Part shown: piece by piece, positions 60,831-64,000 of the stretch
Numbering within the stretch: position 1 is the first letter of the stretch
Layout of the letters: the number at the start of each line of letters is the position of its first letter
From: Lama guanicoe
Lineage: Eukaryota
Assembly: GCA_013239625.1 (NCBI GenBank)
Contig: MU056050.1
Location: forward strand, 2,404,084-2,468,083
Reading direction: 5' to 3'
DNA: 64,000 nucleotides
Program-made: the position numbers and the translations under genes
Notes under the pieces: generated by a model
What the model was told of the DNA's origin: nothing
Databases searched by the model: none
What the model saw: only the letters and a program-made list of their open reading frames with translations

Positions 60831-63586
60831 GGACAAGAAATTCCTTTCAGGGTGAGGAGCTGCCGTAGAACTGGAGCCAGGACAGTGCCATTTGCATTGA
60901 GCCTGGGCTCTCCTCCCCATCAAGTGAGATTACTTGTCAGAGCCATGGGCTTGGGTCCTAGAAAAACAGGCAAATACAAGCCTGGAGCATGGGTGCAAAA
61001 GACATTTATTCTTTCTTATAAGTCTCTCGGGACCTTTGTGAAAAAGTGAGGTAAGAAGGCAAGGCTTTGTGAGGACCACCAGCCCCTAAACAAAGACGAC
61101 AGTACAGAATCACTGTCCATTCCTGCTTTCCCCTACACATTGGCTTGCCTTGTGGGGTAGGGGTGGCGGTGGTCAGATGCTCTCAAACACAGACTTCATA
61201 GCAATAAACAATCATATCTGAATCAGAGAGAGTGATAAATCAAGATGTCATCTTAGTTCTTAGTAGGGCAGTGTGAATACTGGGTATTTATTTATTTATT
61301 TTTTGCCTGCACTGTTCCCCAGCCAGGTATATGGCATCCTTCATGACCTCTGGGAATGACAGTAATCAGCTAAGAAGATGACTGTTGTGGGTCTCCTGGT
61401 TTGTATTAATTGTTCCCATGGCCGGAATTCAACCATGTCTGTGCATATCTGGAGGGGCAGGCAACACAAAGATATTTTTTGCATCAGTATCAAATTGCAC
61501 AGGGTACCTGTGTAAAGGAGGTTTGCATGGGCGCCTGGGGAGACAGGAAAATAAAGAAGATGGTACCTTATTTTTCTTGGGTATTGATTTCCCTGCCCAG
61601 CCTCAGAGACACATATTTGAGCCCTATATAGAGAGAGGCTACTGGCATAAGCCGATGGATCTGGCTCCCAGCAGAGGTGTGATACCGTGGGAGGGAGCAC
61701 TCTCCTGACACCTCAATGATTTGCAATTTCAGTGATTTAAGGAGGCTCTACTCTTGACACAGGTGTTTTTGTGGTGAAAAATTATGCAAAACGTGGAAAT
61801 AAGGCAAAAAGATGGCCTTTCTATGTCATATCGGAGCATTGTTTAACAGGCCTGCCCAAAGATTATTGAATTCTCTAGGGAAATACATTTTTTTTAACTT
61901 ACTATTTACTATTGATTAAAGCCAAGTCTCTCTGAGGTCTCTGTTAACTTGCAGATGTCTACTTGTGGAGACGCAAATAATTCTGTCCAGTAGAAAAGAT
62001 GGCCTTAAAGGAAACAATTATATTTCCCTATAGGGCATTAACCAGTATTGTATCTAAATATAACTTAGTGATCTTATTCTAGAATTATTTCTTTGTGTGT
62101 CTATATGCCCTTTCTTTCAAATTCTCCTTGGAACCAACTTACCATACTGCTGTTTTCTCATTAATGTGTTAAATAAAATATTTATTTTATTTTATTTTTT
62201 AACTTTCTAAAAAATAAAGTCGTATTTTTGACTTTCTAAAAATTATACTTTGACCATGGACACTGGTAGCTACAGTAAGGATGAGACTCTCGATAGGTGC
62301 TTTATTGAGGAGGATGGTGGGTGCACCAGCCAGAGTCCAGGCAGTAAGTTCACTGGTTTGAGGATGGGGAGAGATGTTCATCGGTCAGGAGATAAGTCTC
62401 TGTCTTCTGTAAATCAGCATTTATGGGAGATCAGTCTCTTGGTTCTTAAGTTTTATTCTTCTGAGGGCACATCTGTGACATTCTCCATTTCTTATCCTTT
62501 GGTTCCATTTTAGATTGAAACCCTTTCTCAGTACCCAAATCTTACTAATTCCCTCTCATAAACATTTTCCTCCTCCTTTTCAATCTTCCTGCTACTGCTT
62601 TCTCAATTCAGTTCTTTATCACATCTCATCTGATGAGTTTCCTTGCCTGCCTCAGGTTCCACCTTTCTTATCACTCATCCTGCCAGTCTAGTTTATACCA
62701 TGTTGCCAGTTTCATCTCATGACAAGGAAATTATAATCATGTTATTCCTCTGATTAAAACCCTTCAAGGGAAGCCAGTGTAGAAGTGGAGTTGATGGTAA
62801 CTCGATGACCTGGTGAGTTAAACAATCCAGGATGTGAAAAAAATCTTCAAGGGTTTTTATTGCCTGTAGGGTAAAGTCCAGTCCAGGCTCTTAGTGCTAA
62901 GGCCATTTACAACCTGGTCTCAACCTACTTTATCAGCCTCGTCTCCAGGCCCTCCCTAACAAACATCCTTATACTACGACTACATTGAACTTCTCACCAG
63001 GCTCTTTCGTGCTTCCTTGCCTTTGCCCTTGCTATTCCCTTTGTCCCAAATGACTTCATCTCTCTTTTCTGCTAGGTACATTCCTATTCACCTGTCAAAC
63101 TCCTCGAGGTGGAACTCACTGGTGTCTCCTTAAATTTTGTGGCTCAGATGCCTTACTCAACTCACCCTAGTCCTGACACTGGTTGACCTTGACAGGCTTG
63201 CCAGTCAACCAGCAGTCACATCTTCTTGGTGACCTCCTCCACCACATGACAACTAAAGGCAATATCTGACCCTAGACAGGATCCTGTACTGGTGGGGGGG
63301 AAAATGCTGTAAAGGACATTATTAGAGCAACTGCTAAAATTGGAATATGAGATGATAGATTAAAGTCAATTTCTGAAGTTGATAACTGGGCTGTGGTTAA
63401 AGTAAGAGAATATTACTATAGTTCGGCAATATGCACTGAAATATTTAGGGGTGAAGGGCAATGATATATAATTCTTTCAAATAGTTCAGGAGATGGGTAG
63501 ATAGAAAAATAGGTAGATAGATAGCGCATGCAAATGATAAAGCACTTGGGTTAAAAAGTTAACATTAAGTGAATTTGGTGTACAGG

Positions 63587-63997
63587 TGTTGGAGGAGGTC
63601 ATCAACCACCGGCTTGGCCTTGGGGCTGGACCCGGCAACGGGTGGCTCCTCACCCACTCCTGGATCCTTGGAATGTGCATTCTGCCCACTGCTCCCATAG
63701 CCAGAGGCGACTCAAGGCCCTGAGAGAGTGAGGTGTTGAGACAACCTGGACTGAATACATGACTGAACCCAGTTAAGGCCTCTATGTAAACATTTAAGAT
63801 TCTGGCAGGCAGGTTCGGAGATCTGCTTGTCCCACAGCCGCTCAAGACAAGCCTCGTATGTAAGTTCCCTTGCTTACTGAGCCCACCACCTACCAATCTG
63901 GGGTGATCTGCCTCTTTATTTGATGTCTCCTTGCCCTCTGAGTACAGGGGCCAGTTTTGGATTTCACTTGGTGAACTCTTGAGGTTTTGAACCAACA
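63587..63997 (+). mobile_element. ERV solo LTR inserted in an old L1M 3' fragment
   Basis: tgttgg...ccaaca inverted termini; same family as 52837-53235. Confidence 0.8.
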
Positions 63998-64000
63998 AAA

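Noticed and set aside
61474..61560. Minus-strand acceptor tcttctttattttcctgtctccccAG with a possible 27-nt exon
   Set aside because: The following donor (CAG|GTACCC) is weak and no partner exons are evident, so it cannot be supported.
63486..63998. 170-aa minus-strand ORF
   Set aside because: Lies almost entirely within a solo LTR, and the homologous LTR at 52837-53235 does not keep the same full frame.

Overview
Mammalian genomic DNA, most likely camelid given the vic-1-like tRNA-derived SINEs. The locus is probably X-linked, because THOC2 is X-linked in eutherians. The left 18 kb hold the 5' end of THOC2 on the minus strand: coding exons 1-4 (71, 59, 92 and 52 nt, all GT-AG and in phase) and a CpG-island promoter. 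The other ~46 kb are repeat-dense upstream DNA: old L1s, ERVL fossils, MaLR/ERV LTRs, hAT and Tigger DNA transposons, SINEs and two U6 retrocopies. Three things stand out. (1) An ancient full-length MEMO1 retrocopy (~39.1-40.9 kb) is interrupted by a MER33-like element and its CDS has decayed, yet its GC-rich leader is still a dense CpG island and its original ATG opens a 110-codon frame. (2) An orphan CpG island lies at ~56.6-57.6 kb. (3) A dispersed, same-strand degenerate ~16-nt motif cluster (50.4-51.4 and 55.8-56.1 kb) sits next to that island. Almost all ORFs in the supplied track are repeat or low-complexity artefacts. Gene and repeat family names come from remembered sequences, not database searches, and repeat boundaries are approximate unless TSDs are quoted. 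I see no clear evidence of a wholly new multi-gene system; the findings are hypotheses.
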